Shown here piece after piece: positions 51,639-60,829 of a DNA stretch of 64,000 nucleotides; the first letter of the stretch is position 1, and each line of letters begins with the position of its first letter. Source of the stretch: an uncultured delta proteobacterium (GTDB taxonomy: Bacteria; Myxococcota_A; Polyangia; Polyangiales; Polyangiaceae); assembly GCA_963782055.1 (NCBI GenBank), contig CAWAIF010000003.1:128001-192000 (forward strand), given 5' to 3'. The translations under genes and the position numbers were made by a program. The notes below the pieces were generated by a model. It did not search any database. It saw nothing but the letters and a program-made list of their open reading frames with translations, and had not been told where the DNA came from.

Positions 51639-51715
51639 GTCAGCCCGGCGCGGAAGTCTTCGCCGCGCCTATCATTTCCCTGCGCCTCGGGGTCGAGGCG
51701 GGAGAGTCACCACGC

Positions 51716-54097
51716 ATGGGGACCAAGGTTCTGGTGTTCGAGAGCGACGCGGCCTTCGCGGGAGAGCTCAAGACGGAGCTCGGCAAGCTCGGATGCACGG
51801 TCGCCGTCGTGGACGACGGCAACGCCGGCCTCCAGCAGGCCGCCAGCGACAAGCCCGACCTGATCCTCCTGTCCATCGAGCTGCCGCGGATGAACGGCTT
51901 CTCGGTGTGCAACAAGCTGAAGAAGGACGCGAGCCTCAAGGAAATCCCGCTCGTCATCATGTCGAGCGAGTCGAGCGACGAGACGTTCGAGCAGCACCGC
52001 AAGCTGCGCACGCGCGCCGAGGACTACGTCCACAAGCCCATCGCCTTCGGCGAGCTGCTCCGCCACATCCAGAGCTTCGTGGAGCTTGGTGGGGAGCCGG
52101 CGCCGGTCAGCGAGGGCATCGTCATCGACGACGAGATCCAGATCTCCAGCATCGACATGGAGGACGAGGGCACGCAGGTGGTGGAGAGGGCCGCGCCGCC
52201 GGCGGCGGGCCGCCGGTCGAGCGCGCCGCCGCCCATGAACGTGGACGCCGACGTCGACGCCTTCATCGACGCAGGCTTCGGCAAGCTGACCTCGGCGGAC
52301 CCCAGCAACGGCGCGTCCGTCGCCGCCGAGGCGAAGCGCAGGAGCGCGGCCCCGCCGCCCCTGCCGGTGGACGCCGGGCGCATCGCGCACCTGGAGAAGG
52401 AGCTGATGGAGGCCCGCGAGGAGGCCTCGAAACTCCGCGCCGACTTCGACACCCGCATCGAGGCCGAGCAGAAGAAGATGGACGCGGAGATGGACGAGCT
52501 TCGCACCAAGCTCGCCAGCGCGGGCAACAAGGGCGGCGTGTCCAGCCGCGAGTTCCTCGACCTGCGCGAGAACCTCAACAAGAAGGACAAGGAGATCCTC
52601 GCCCTCAAGGAGGCCGCGTCCAAGAAGGACAAGGAGGTCTTCGACACGCGCGACAAGATGCTCGCGCTGGAGCGTCTGAAGGCCGACCTCGACGATCGCA
52701 TCATCGCCGTCGAGCGCGAGCTGGAGGAGGCGAAGGAGAAGGTCGAGACCCTGGGTCGGGACAAGGACCAGGCGAAGAAGGCCTCCGAGGACTTCAAGGG
52801 GCGGCTGCAGAAGACGCAGGCCGACCTGGAGGCGCGCACGACGGAGCTGGAAGAGGCGCGCGACCGCATGAAGGAGGAGGCGGCCGCGCACGAGGCCGCC
52901 GTCGCCGCGGCGCGCAGCGAGCACGAGCAGGCCATGGCGCGCGCCCTCTCCGAGAAGGAGGAGGGGATCGCCCAGGCGGAGGCGGCGAAGACCGCGGCGC
53001 TCGACGAGGCCGCGCGCGAGAAGGAGACCGCGCTCGCCGAGGCGGCGACGCACGAGGCCGAGGCCCTCGCCGCGAAGGAGGCCGCGCTCAAGGTGGAGAG
53101 CGACGGCAAGCTCGCCTCGCTCCACCGGGCGCACCAGGACGAGATTGGCAAGGTCAAGGCGGAGCACGCGCAGGAGATCGAGAGCCTCGGCGCGCGTCAC
53201 TCGAGCGAGACAGCGCTCGCGCAGGCGAGCCACGAGGAGGCGCTGGAGGAGGCGAAGCAGCAGGCCGCAGCCCAGCTCGCCGCGCGCGAGGCGGAGCTCC
53301 TGGCGAAGGGCGCGTCGGACGTCGCGGCGGTCGAGCAGGATCGCGAGGAGAAGCTGGCGGCGCTCGCGCGGGATCGCGACGAGAAGGTGGCCGCAGCGGA
53401 GGCGGACCGCGACGCGAAGGTGGCGGCCGCCGAGTCGGATCGTGACGAGCGCGTCGCCGCCACGGAGAAGGACCGTGACGAGCGCGTCGCCGCGCTGGAG
53501 GCCGCGCACGCCGAGAAGGTGGCGGCGACGGAGAAGGACCGCGACGAGCGCATCGCCGCGCTGGAGGCGGACCGCGACGCCCGGGTCGCCGCGCTGGAGG
53601 CGGACCGCGAGGAGAAGATCGCGGCGGTGGAGGCGGACCGCGAGGAGAAGCTCACCGCCCTCGCCAGAGACCGCGACGAGAAGCTGGCCGAGCTGCTCAA
53701 GGAGCGCGACGAGACCGTCGGCGGCCTGGAGGCGGAGCTCACCAAGGTGCGCGGTGAGCTCGCCGCGCTGGACGAGCAGAAGCAGGCGACCGACGCGTCC
53801 AACGCGGCGCGCATCGCCGAGCTGGAGCAGCGGGTCACCGAGCTGACCGCGGCCAAGGAAGGGCTGGAGGTCGAGCTCCGGCAGGCCAGGGATCGCGTCG
53901 TGCTCCTGGAAGCGGAGCTCGCGGCGCAGCGCGGGGAGACCGCCGAGACGAAGGACCGGCTCGCCACCGAGACGGCGCGCGCCGACAAGGCGTACGCGAA
54001 GTGGGAGGCCGACCACGCGTCGCTCGAGCGCGCGAAGGACGCCCTGGCGGTGGTGCTCGGCCAGATCGAAGAGGCCGAGGGTCGCTCCATCTCCTGA
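51716..54097 (+). CDS. FrzS/AglZ-like atypical receiver domain + long coiled coil
   Basis: KVLVFESD, PDLILLSIEL (no acceptor Asp), C.KLKKD, F.QHRKL, YVHKP recall M. xanthus FrzS; coiled coil of more than 500 aa. Confidence 0.8.
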   Translation: MGTKVLVFESDAAFAGELKTELGKLGCTVAVVDDGNAGLQQAASDKPDLILLSIELPRMNGFSVCNKLKKDASLKEIPLVIMSSESSDETFEQHRKLRTRAEDYVHKPIAFGELLRHIQSFVELGGEPAPVSEGIVIDDEIQISSIDMEDEGTQVVERAAPPAAGRRSSAPPPMNVDADVDAFIDAGFGKLTSADPSNGASVAAEAKRRSAAPPPLPVDAGRIAHLEKELMEAREEASKLRADFDTRIEAEQKKMDAEMDELRTKLASAGNKGGVSSREFLDLRENLNKKDKEILALKEAASKKDKEVFDTRDKMLALERLKADLDDRIIAVERELEEAKEKVETLGRDKDQAKKASEDFKGRLQKTQADLEARTTELEEARDRMKEEAAAHEAAVAAARSEHEQAMARALSEKEEGIAQAEAAKTAALDEAAREKETALAEAATHEAEALAAKEAALKVESDGKLASLHRAHQDEIGKVKAEHAQEIESLGARHSSETALAQASHEEALEEAKQQAAAQLAAREAELLAKGASDVAAVEQDREEKLAALARDRDEKVAAAEADRDAKVAAAESDRDERVAATEKDRDERVAALEAAHAEKVAATEKDRDERIAALEADRDARVAALEADREEKIAAVEADREEKLTALARDRDEKLAELLKERDETVGGLEAELTKVRGELAALDEQKQATDASNAARIAELEQRVTELTAAKEGLEVELRQARDRVVLLEAELAAQRGETAETKDRLATETARADKAYAKWEADHASLERAKDALAVVLGQIEEAEGRSIS
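53339..53734 (+). repeat. 33-bp/11-aa tandem repeat (about 12 copies) in the coiled coil
   Basis: DR[DE][EA][KR][VIL]AAxE[AK] units. Confidence 0.9.
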
Positions 54098-54122
54098 GCC
54101 CCGGCTCAGGGCGGGCGACGCG

Positions 54123-55451
54123 TCACAGCCGCGCGCGTGCGCGGAGCCGGTGTGCCTGCGTCCGCGCGCGGGCGAGCACGGCCTCGCGGTCCAGCGTCTG
54201 GTGCTCGCCTTCCTTCACCAGGACGCGTCCGTCGACCAGCACGTGGCGCACGTCGCTCGACTTGCACGCGTAGACCAGGCGCGACGGCAGGTCGCCGCCC
54301 GGCTCGGCGTGCGGGCCGTCGACGCGAACCACCGCGAGGTCGGCGCGCTTGCCCTCCTCGACCGAGCCGATCTCCACGTCCAGGCCGAGCGCGCGGGCAC
54401 CGTCGATGGTGGCGAGTCGCAGGGCGCGCCTCGCGGGCAGCGAGGTCGTGCCCGAGCGGACCTTGGCGAGCAGCGCGGCGTGGCGCAGCTCCTGCCAGGG
54501 GTCCAGGTCGTTGTTGCAGGGGGCGCCGTCGCAGCCGATGGCGAGCTGCACGCCCAACGCGTCGAGCTCGGCCACGCGCGCGATGCCGGAGCCGAGCTTG
54601 AGGTTGGCGCTCGGGCAGTGGACCACCCGGGTGCCGTCACGCGCGATGCCGCGCGCCTCCTCGTCGTTGAGCTGGACGCCGTGGGCGAGGATCGCGCCCT
54701 CGCCGCGCACGCCCCACGCGCGAAGGATCGCGACGTCGTCGTCGCCGAGGGCCGCCCGCACCGCCTCCCGCTCGCCGGCGTGCTCCGCCGCGTGGGTGTG
54801 GACGAGCACGCCGTGGTGCGCGGCGCGGCGCGCCGTCTCCCGCACGAGCTGCTCGGAGCAGGAGAGGACGAAGCGCGGCGCGTACGCGTAGCGCAGGCGC
54901 CCGCCGCCCTTGCCGTGCCAGTCGCGAAGGAGCCTGTCGCTCTCCGCCAGGCTGGCGCGCGTGGACTCGCGCAGGCCTCTCGGCACGCCCTCCCCGGCGT
55001 CCATCATCGCCTTGCCGCTGGTGGCGCGCACGCCGGAGCGCAGGCACGCCGCCATGACCGCGTCGTGGCCGTGCACGGTGCCCATGTCCAGGATGGTGGT
55101 CGTCCCGGCGAGCGTCATCTCGAGCAGGCCCAGCTCGGCGCTGGCGCGCAGGCTCGCCTCGTCGTGGGCGGCCTCCAGCGGCCAGATGCGCTCCTTCAGC
55201 CAGGCCAGCAGCGGCAGGTCGTCGGCCATGCCACGAAAGAGGGCCTGGCAGAGGTGGACGTGCGCCTGGACCAGGCCAGGCAGGACCGCGCAGCCGGTGG
55301 CGTCGAGGACCCGTGCGGGCTTCGACGCACCGCGGCGTGCCTCCGGGCCGACGGCGGCGATGCGGCCGCGCCGCACGAGCACGTCCCCGGCGAAGATCGT
55401 GTCGTCCGCGTCGCAGGTGACGACGGTGCCGCCCGAAATGAGGATGTCCAC
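54123..55451 (-). CDS. amidohydrolase (MTA/SAH or 5'-deoxyadenosine deaminase family)
   Basis: PGLVQAHVH, HTHAAE, AHGV, HCPSAN.KLGSG, GCDGAPCNN, GKRADL. Confidence 0.9.
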   Translation of the reverse strand: MDILISGGTVVTCDADDTIFAGDVLVRRGRIAAVGPEARRGASKPARVLDATGCAVLPGLVQAHVHLCQALFRGMADDLPLLAWLKERIWPLEAAHDEASLRASAELGLLEMTLAGTTTILDMGTVHGHDAVMAACLRSGVRATSGKAMMDAGEGVPRGLRESTRASLAESDRLLRDWHGKGGGRLRYAYAPRFVLSCSEQLVRETARRAAHHGVLVHTHAAEHAGEREAVRAALGDDDVAILRAWGVRGEGAILAHGVQLNDEEARGIARDGTRVVHCPSANLKLGSGIARVAELDALGVQLAIGCDGAPCNNDLDPWQELRHAALLAKVRSGTTSLPARRALRLATIDGARALGLDVEIGSVEEGKRADLAVVRVDGPHAEPGGDLPSRLVYACKSSDVRHVLVDGRVLVKEGEHQTLDREAVLARARTQAHRLRARARL

Positions 55452-55524
55452 GTGGGACGGTCGTACCACAGTTCGTGGGCGGCCCAGGTACGTGGCGGGC
55501 TCGCGGCCATTGGCTGCCGGTCCT

Positions 55525-55533
55525 TGGTAGAAT
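55525..55533 (+). promoter_or_regulatory. extended -10 element for the chemosensory operon
   Basis: TG-G-TAGAAT ending 16 nt before ATG 55550. Confidence 0.5.
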
Positions 55534-55549
55534 AGAAAGACCAGCCCCG

Positions 55550-56947
55550 ATGCCTCACCGGATCCTCGTCGTCGACGACAGCGCGACCCTGCGCAAGGTG
55601 GTCTGCTCCATCCTCGCGCGGCACGGGTTCGATGCGCACGCGGCGGGCGACGGGCAGACGGCGATCGAGGCGCTCTCCGCGGCCGAGCAGCCCTTCGACC
55701 TGGTGCTGCTCGACTTCGTCATGCCGAAGATGAACGGCTTCCAGTTCTGCCGCGCCATCCGCGCGCGCGAGGAGTGGAAGACGCTGCCGGTGCTCCTGAT
55801 GAGCGCCAAGACGGACAAGATCCGCGAGCAGTTCGTCCAGCAGACGCGCGCGGTGGACGCCATCACCAAGCCGTTCGACGCGGCGGCGCTCGTCGCGGTG
55901 GTGGAGAACGCGCTGAAGCGGGTGGAGCAGGGGCTCGTCTCGCCGATGCCGTCGCTGGTCCTCGACGAGACGGACCTCCCGCTCTCCACCCGCACCCCGG
56001 CGATGCGCGAGGAGAGCGCCATCCGCGCGCGCGCCGCCGCGGAGTTCGCCGCCCGCCTCGCCAACGTGATCGCGCCGGTCCTGGCCGCGCTGCCGCGGGA
56101 CGCGGACGAGCCGCGGGTGATGCAGGCGCTGGCGCAGAAGCTCTCCACCGACACGCTGGTGGACCTGGCGAGCGCGCTGCGCAGCGTCGACTTCGGGGAG
56201 AAGACCCGCGTGGTGCTGGGCGGCAGCGTCGGCGCCATTCCCATCGGCGCGGTGCTCCAGCTCCTGCAGATGGAGGGGCAGACCGGCACGCTGAGCATCT
56301 GGAACGCCAGCCGCGAGATGAGCATCCACATGCGCGGCGGCCTGGTGGACCTGGTCCAGTCGAAGGGCGCGGGCGACGAGTTCCGTCTCGGACGCTTCTT
56401 CCTCCAGGAGGGCCTGGTCACCGAGGACCAGATCGAGGACCTGGTGCAGAGCTCGCGGCGCGGTGCGGACAGCGGCAAGGCGAAGCTCCTCGGCGACCTG
56501 CTGGTGGAGTCCGGCCGCGTGACCGAGGCGCAGCTCGAGGAGGCGCTCACCCGGCAGTCCAGCGAGCTCATCTACGAGCTGCTGCGCTGGCAGGCGGGCC
56601 GCTTCGAGTTCCAGCAGGGCGGCGTGAGCGAGCTCGCCGAGAGCGCGCGTCTGGCGATGCCCGTCGCGTCGGTCGTGATGGAGGGCTTCCGTCGCGTCGA
56701 CGAGTGGCGCGTCATCGAGGCGAAGCTGGGCAGCTTCGACGCCGTGCTGCTCCCCGACCCGGCGTCGCTGGACACCATGGGCGGCAACGAGAAGCTGGCG
56801 CGCCCCGAGCGCGCGGTGCTGGAGGCCATCGACGGCGAGCGCACGGTGCGCGAGGTCATCGCGGCGAGCCACCTCTCCAGCTTCGACGCGTGCCGCATCC
56901 TCTTCCAGCTCCTGGAGGCGCGCCTGGTGCGGCGGCGCGCCGCATGA
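55550..56947 (+). CDS. response regulator with DUF4388/PatA-N-like domain
   Basis: ILVVDDS, LLDFVMPKMNG, TKPF; LQLL….TG.L…GG.V…LG..L…W..G.F.F…MEG.RR.DEW. Confidence 0.88.
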   Translation: MPHRILVVDDSATLRKVVCSILARHGFDAHAAGDGQTAIEALSAAEQPFDLVLLDFVMPKMNGFQFCRAIRAREEWKTLPVLLMSAKTDKIREQFVQQTRAVDAITKPFDAAALVAVVENALKRVEQGLVSPMPSLVLDETDLPLSTRTPAMREESAIRARAAAEFAARLANVIAPVLAALPRDADEPRVMQALAQKLSTDTLVDLASALRSVDFGEKTRVVLGGSVGAIPIGAVLQLLQMEGQTGTLSIWNASREMSIHMRGGLVDLVQSKGAGDEFRLGRFFLQEGLVTEDQIEDLVQSSRRGADSGKAKLLGDLLVESGRVTEAQLEEALTRQSSELIYELLRWQAGRFEFQQGGVSELAESARLAMPVASVVMEGFRRVDEWRVIEAKLGSFDAVLLPDPASLDTMGGNEKLARPERAVLEAIDGERTVREVIAASHLSSFDACRILFQLLEARLVRRRAA

Positions 56948-57342
56948 CCTCGCCCGCCAAGCGCGCGGGGGTGGTGGTGCGCGGCAAGGAGCTCGCCTTC
57001 CTCCCGGTCGCCGCCGTGGTGCGCATCGTGCCGATGCCCCCCGTATCGCGCGTGCCCGGGTCACCGGGCGGCCTCCTCGGCATCGCGCAGGAGGGCGGAG
57101 ACATCGTGCCGGTGGTCGCCGCCGACGAGGCCGCGCCGGGCGTCTCCACCGCGCTCTTGGTGTGCACCCATCAGGGGGACCTCATCGGCCTCGCCGGGCT
57201 GGAGGTCGTCCAGGTGGGCGTGTTCGAGTGCGACGCCGACGGCGTGCGGCTCGACGAGCGCGGCCGCGTGCCCCTGTTCGACCTCGCGCCCATCGTCGAG
57301 CGCCTCGCCGGCACCGCGTGGGCGCGCCGGTGGGCCGGATAG
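56944..57342 (+). CDS. CheW-like coupling protein (divergent)
   Basis: LPVAAVVRIVPMPPVSRVPGSP..LLGI….G.IVPVV; ATGA overlap. Confidence 0.75.
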   Translation: MTSPAKRAGVVVRGKELAFLPVAAVVRIVPMPPVSRVPGSPGGLLGIAQEGGDIVPVVAADEAAPGVSTALLVCTHQGDLIGLAGLEVVQVGVFECDADGVRLDERGRVPLFDLAPIVERLAGTAWARRWAG

Positions 57343-57379
57343 CGCGGCCGTACCGCCAAACTCGGCTATCATCCTCGCG

Positions 57380-58186
57380 ATGGCCGAGAGCCAGCCGAAA
57401 GGCACCCAGCCGAAGGGCAACCGCTTCTTCAAGCTCCTGCGCCGCGGCGGCGGCAAGGGCGCGAAGGCCCAGCGCTCCGTCGCCGACGACGGCGCGCTCT
57501 GGGCGGCGCACGACCGCGCGACGGGCGCGGCGCACACGGCGGGGGAGGCGACGCACCGCATCGCCACCAGCGTGGCGAAGCAGCGCAGCTCCATCGACGC
57601 CGCCGCCGACCAGGCGCGCACCATCCGCGCGCGCGGCGACGACTCCGAGCGCACCCTCGCCCGCGTCGCCGACACCTTCGAGCGCCTCTCGCTGGTGGCG
57701 CTCAACGCCGGGCTGGAGGGCGTGCGCCTGGGCGATGTCGTCGGCCGCCCGCTGTCGCTGGTGAGCGACGACGTGCGCGGCCACGCCGAGCGCGGGGCGG
57801 AGACCGTGCGCGAGCTCACCCTGGCGCTGCGCGACACGCTGCGCGAGCTGGGCGCCATCGCCGAGCGCTTCGACGACGCGCGCGCGCAGGCGGCGGAGAT
57901 CGCCCAGGAGGTGGCGAAGGCGCAGACCGCCTCCTCCGAGGGCGAGCGCGCGCTCGGCGAGCTGGGCGACCGCATGCGCAAGGCCACCGGGACCGACCCG
58001 GAGACGGCCAAGGCCATCGCGCAGGCGACGGAGCACGCGCGCGCCCTCGTCACCGCGCTGGGCGCGCTGAGCGGCCGCGTCCCGCGCGCCCTGCTCACGT
58101 CCGCGCTGCGGCCCATGCTCGAGCCGCTGGTGCGCGCCCTCTTCGAGGACGAGCTCGCCGACGACGACGGGGCGGACGCGCCTTGA
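57380..58186 (+). CDS. soluble, truncated methyl-accepting chemotaxis-like protein
   Basis: Degenerate hairpin tip LSLVALNAGLEGVRLG…LVSDDVR..AER; no TM or sensor domain. Confidence 0.75.
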   Translation: MAESQPKGTQPKGNRFFKLLRRGGGKGAKAQRSVADDGALWAAHDRATGAAHTAGEATHRIATSVAKQRSSIDAAADQARTIRARGDDSERTLARVADTFERLSLVALNAGLEGVRLGDVVGRPLSLVSDDVRGHAERGAETVRELTLALRDTLRELGAIAERFDDARAQAAEIAQEVAKAQTASSEGERALGELGDRMRKATGTDPETAKAIAQATEHARALVTALGALSGRVPRALLTSALRPMLEPLVRALFEDELADDDGADAP

Positions 58187-60216
58187 GCGAGCGTGATCCC
58201 GAGCTCGGGCGCCTGCTCCTGCTCGAGCTCGGGCGCCACCTGCCCGCGCTGGAGAACGACCCGCCCGACCTGGACGAGAGCCGCCGCGCGGTGCACGCGC
58301 TCAAGGGATCCGCGGGCCTCGCCGGCCGCCACGAGCTCGCCGCGGAGCTGCTCGCGGTGGAGCGGCGCATCCAGTCCGGCGACGCCTCGGCGGTGCGCGA
58401 GGCGGGGTCGGTGGTGCGTCGCGCGCAGGAGCGCCTGCTGCTCGGCGAGGAGGAGACGACATCGTGGCCGGAGCCGCCGCCCACGCTCAAGCCCTGCGCG
58501 GTCGACGCGACGCTCCGACCCTCCTACGTCGCCGAGCTGAAGGATCGCCTGGCCGGCATCGACGAGGCGCTGAGCGGCACGCTGGGCCCGATCGAGTCCG
58601 TCGCGCTCGCCTTCCGTCACGTGCACACGATGAAGGGCGCCGCGAGCGCGGTGGGCGACGAGCTCGTCGCGTGGTTCTGTCACGGCCTGGAGGAGCGCCT
58701 GCGGCCGGCCACTCTCGGCCCGAAGGCGGCGCTCGCGGCGCTGGAGGAGCTCGCGCGGTGGCGCGGCGTGCTCGGCGGGTTGCTGGACGACCCGGAGAGC
58801 ACCGTCCACGCGCTCCGCGTCTCGGCGCGGCCGCGCGGCGCGGCGCCGTCCGCGCACCCCACGCGCCCTCCGGAGGACGAGCCGCGCTCGGTGGCGGGGG
58901 AGGACGCGACGATCCGCATCGCCGCCTCGTCGGTCGACAGGGTGCTCGAGCGGGTGACGGCGGTGGCGGTGGCGCGCGAGTCGATCGTGCAGGCGGCGCA
59001 GGCCTCGCTGGACCGCGCGCCCATGCTGCGCGCCCTGCGCGCCAACCTGGCGGAGGCGCTGCGACTCATCGGCCCGCCCCGACCGTGGGGCGCGCCGGCG
59101 CTGGCCATCACGCGCATCGAGCGCGTCGCCGCGCAGCTCGCCTCGCTGGGGGAGGAGCTGGAGGCGCAGGCCGACGGCGTGCGCCGCCGTGATCACGCGC
59201 TGCGGGAGAGTCTCGCCTCCGCCAAGCGCGAGCTCTCGGCGATGCGGCAGACGCCGCTGCGGCAGCTCTTCGCGCGGCTCACCATCGCCATCGAGTCGGA
59301 GGCGCGCCGCAGCGGGCGCGAGGTGATGGTGCGCACCGAGGGCGAGGGCGAGACCGTGGACCGGCGCCTGGCCGAGCAGCTCGCCGAGCCGTGCCTGCAG
59401 CTCGCGCGAAACGCCGTGGCGCACGGCATCCAGCCACCCGATTCGCGCCTGGCGCGCGGCAAGTCGCGCGCGGGCACCGTCACCCTCTCGGCGCAGAAGT
59501 CGGCGGGGCGCCTGCGGATCACCATCAACGACGACGGCGCGGGCGTGGACGTCGCGGCGGTGCGCCGGCGAGCGCTGGAGGCGGGCGCGGTGACGCCCGC
59601 GCTCGCCGAGTACGCCGACGACGACACTCTCCTCGCCCTGCTCTTCTTGCCCGGCTTCTCCACGCGCGAGACCTCCGACCTGCTCGCAGGGCGGGGCATC
59701 GGGCTGGACATCGCCCTGGCGTCGGTGCAGCGCATGGCGGGCGTCATTCGCCTCTCGAGCAAGAAGGGCGAAGGCTTCACCGCGCACGTGGAGGTGCCGG
59801 TGGAGAGCGGCCTCGCGCGAATGGTGTGGGTGGAGGTCGGCGGGGAGGAGTACGCCCTCTTCGCCTCGCGCGTGGCGTCGGTGCAGCGCAACGAGGGTCA
59901 CGCCGCCGACCTGACGCCATCGCTCGCGACGTGCCTGGACGGTCTCGCCCACCCCCGACCGCCGCTGCGACTCGACCTGGACGTGGAGAGCGAGCAGGGG
60001 CCCGCCAGCGTGGGCGTCGACCGCGTGGGGGAGGTGGAGGAGCTGCTGGTGCGGCCGCTCACGCCCCTGGTGGCGGGGCTCGGCCCCTTCGCCGGCGCGG
60101 TGCTCCGTGGAGACGGGTCGCTGCGCCTCGCGCTGGACGTGTATGCCCTTGCCCCACGTGCACGTGCATTGGGGCGTGTGGCGGAGGGGAGGCCGAGCGA
60201 TCGTCCTCGCGCTTGA
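58183..60216 (+). CDS. CheA-like histidine kinase with two Hpt domains
   Basis: VHALKGSA and VHTMKGAA Hpt motifs; RNAVAHGI, DDGAG, FLPGFST, GRGIGLD; degenerate C-terminal CheW domain; TTGA overlap. Confidence 0.9.
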   Translation: MSERDPELGRLLLLELGRHLPALENDPPDLDESRRAVHALKGSAGLAGRHELAAELLAVERRIQSGDASAVREAGSVVRRAQERLLLGEEETTSWPEPPPTLKPCAVDATLRPSYVAELKDRLAGIDEALSGTLGPIESVALAFRHVHTMKGAASAVGDELVAWFCHGLEERLRPATLGPKAALAALEELARWRGVLGGLLDDPESTVHALRVSARPRGAAPSAHPTRPPEDEPRSVAGEDATIRIAASSVDRVLERVTAVAVARESIVQAAQASLDRAPMLRALRANLAEALRLIGPPRPWGAPALAITRIERVAAQLASLGEELEAQADGVRRRDHALRESLASAKRELSAMRQTPLRQLFARLTIAIESEARRSGREVMVRTEGEGETVDRRLAEQLAEPCLQLARNAVAHGIQPPDSRLARGKSRAGTVTLSAQKSAGRLRITINDDGAGVDVAAVRRRALEAGAVTPALAEYADDDTLLALLFLPGFSTRETSDLLAGRGIGLDIALASVQRMAGVIRLSSKKGEGFTAHVEVPVESGLARMVWVEVGGEEYALFASRVASVQRNEGHAADLTPSLATCLDGLAHPRPPLRLDLDVESEQGPASVGVDRVGEVEELLVRPLTPLVAGLGPFAGAVLRGDGSLRLALDVYALAPRARALGRVAEGRPSDRPRA

Positions 60217-60244
60217 CGCGCGTGACGTATACTCCTGCGCGGCC

Positions 60245-60802
60245 ATGGAAAGCCGTAGCGTGCGCGTCATCGTCGAGATCATGTCGGAGCTCGACGTGGC
60301 CGACGTGCTCGCCGTGGAGTCGGCCTCCTTCGGCCCGCGCAGCGAGCCGAAGAACGTCGGCGCGACCACCTCGCGCGACGGCGCGCGGCTCGACGAGGCG
60401 AAGCTCGCCGAGGAGCTGGCCCGTCCGTGGGCGCGCATCTGGGTGGCGCGCGGCGACGTGGGCGGGCACGCGCGCGCGGTCTCCTTCCTGCTCGCGTGGC
60501 ACGTCGCCGACGAGCTGCACGTGCTCGACGTGGCCACCCACCCCGAGTTCCGCCGCCGCGGCTTCGGCATGTCGCTGATGCAGCAGGCGCTCACCTACGC
60601 GCGGGAGAAGGACATCCGTCACCTGCTGCTGGAGGTGCGCCGCTCCAACGCAAGCGCCATCCGCCTCTACCGGAGCTGCGGCTTCTTCGCGATGGGCGTG
60701 CGCAAGGGCTACTACGCCGACGGCGAGGACGCGGTGGAGATGGTGCTGGAGCTGGACGACTCGGGCGAGGTGGTGCGCCGCCAGGACGAGATCGGCGTCT
60801 AG
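60245..60802 (+). CDS. rimI: RimI-like GNAT acetyltransferase
   Basis: DELHVLDVATHP..RRRGFG, LEVRRSN..AI.LY…GF….RKGYY..GEDA. Confidence 0.85.
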   Translation: MESRSVRVIVEIMSELDVADVLAVESASFGPRSEPKNVGATTSRDGARLDEAKLAEELARPWARIWVARGDVGGHARAVSFLLAWHVADELHVLDVATHPEFRRRGFGMSLMQQALTYAREKDIRHLLLEVRRSNASAIRLYRSCGFFAMGVRKGYYADGEDAVEMVLELDDSGEVVRRQDEIGV

Positions 60803-60829
60803 TCCGCCCGCTGCGCGCCGCTCCTCCTG

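Noticed and set aside
53339..53734. 33-bp repeats as a CRISPR or mobile element
   Set aside because: In-frame tandem coding repeats with no spacers
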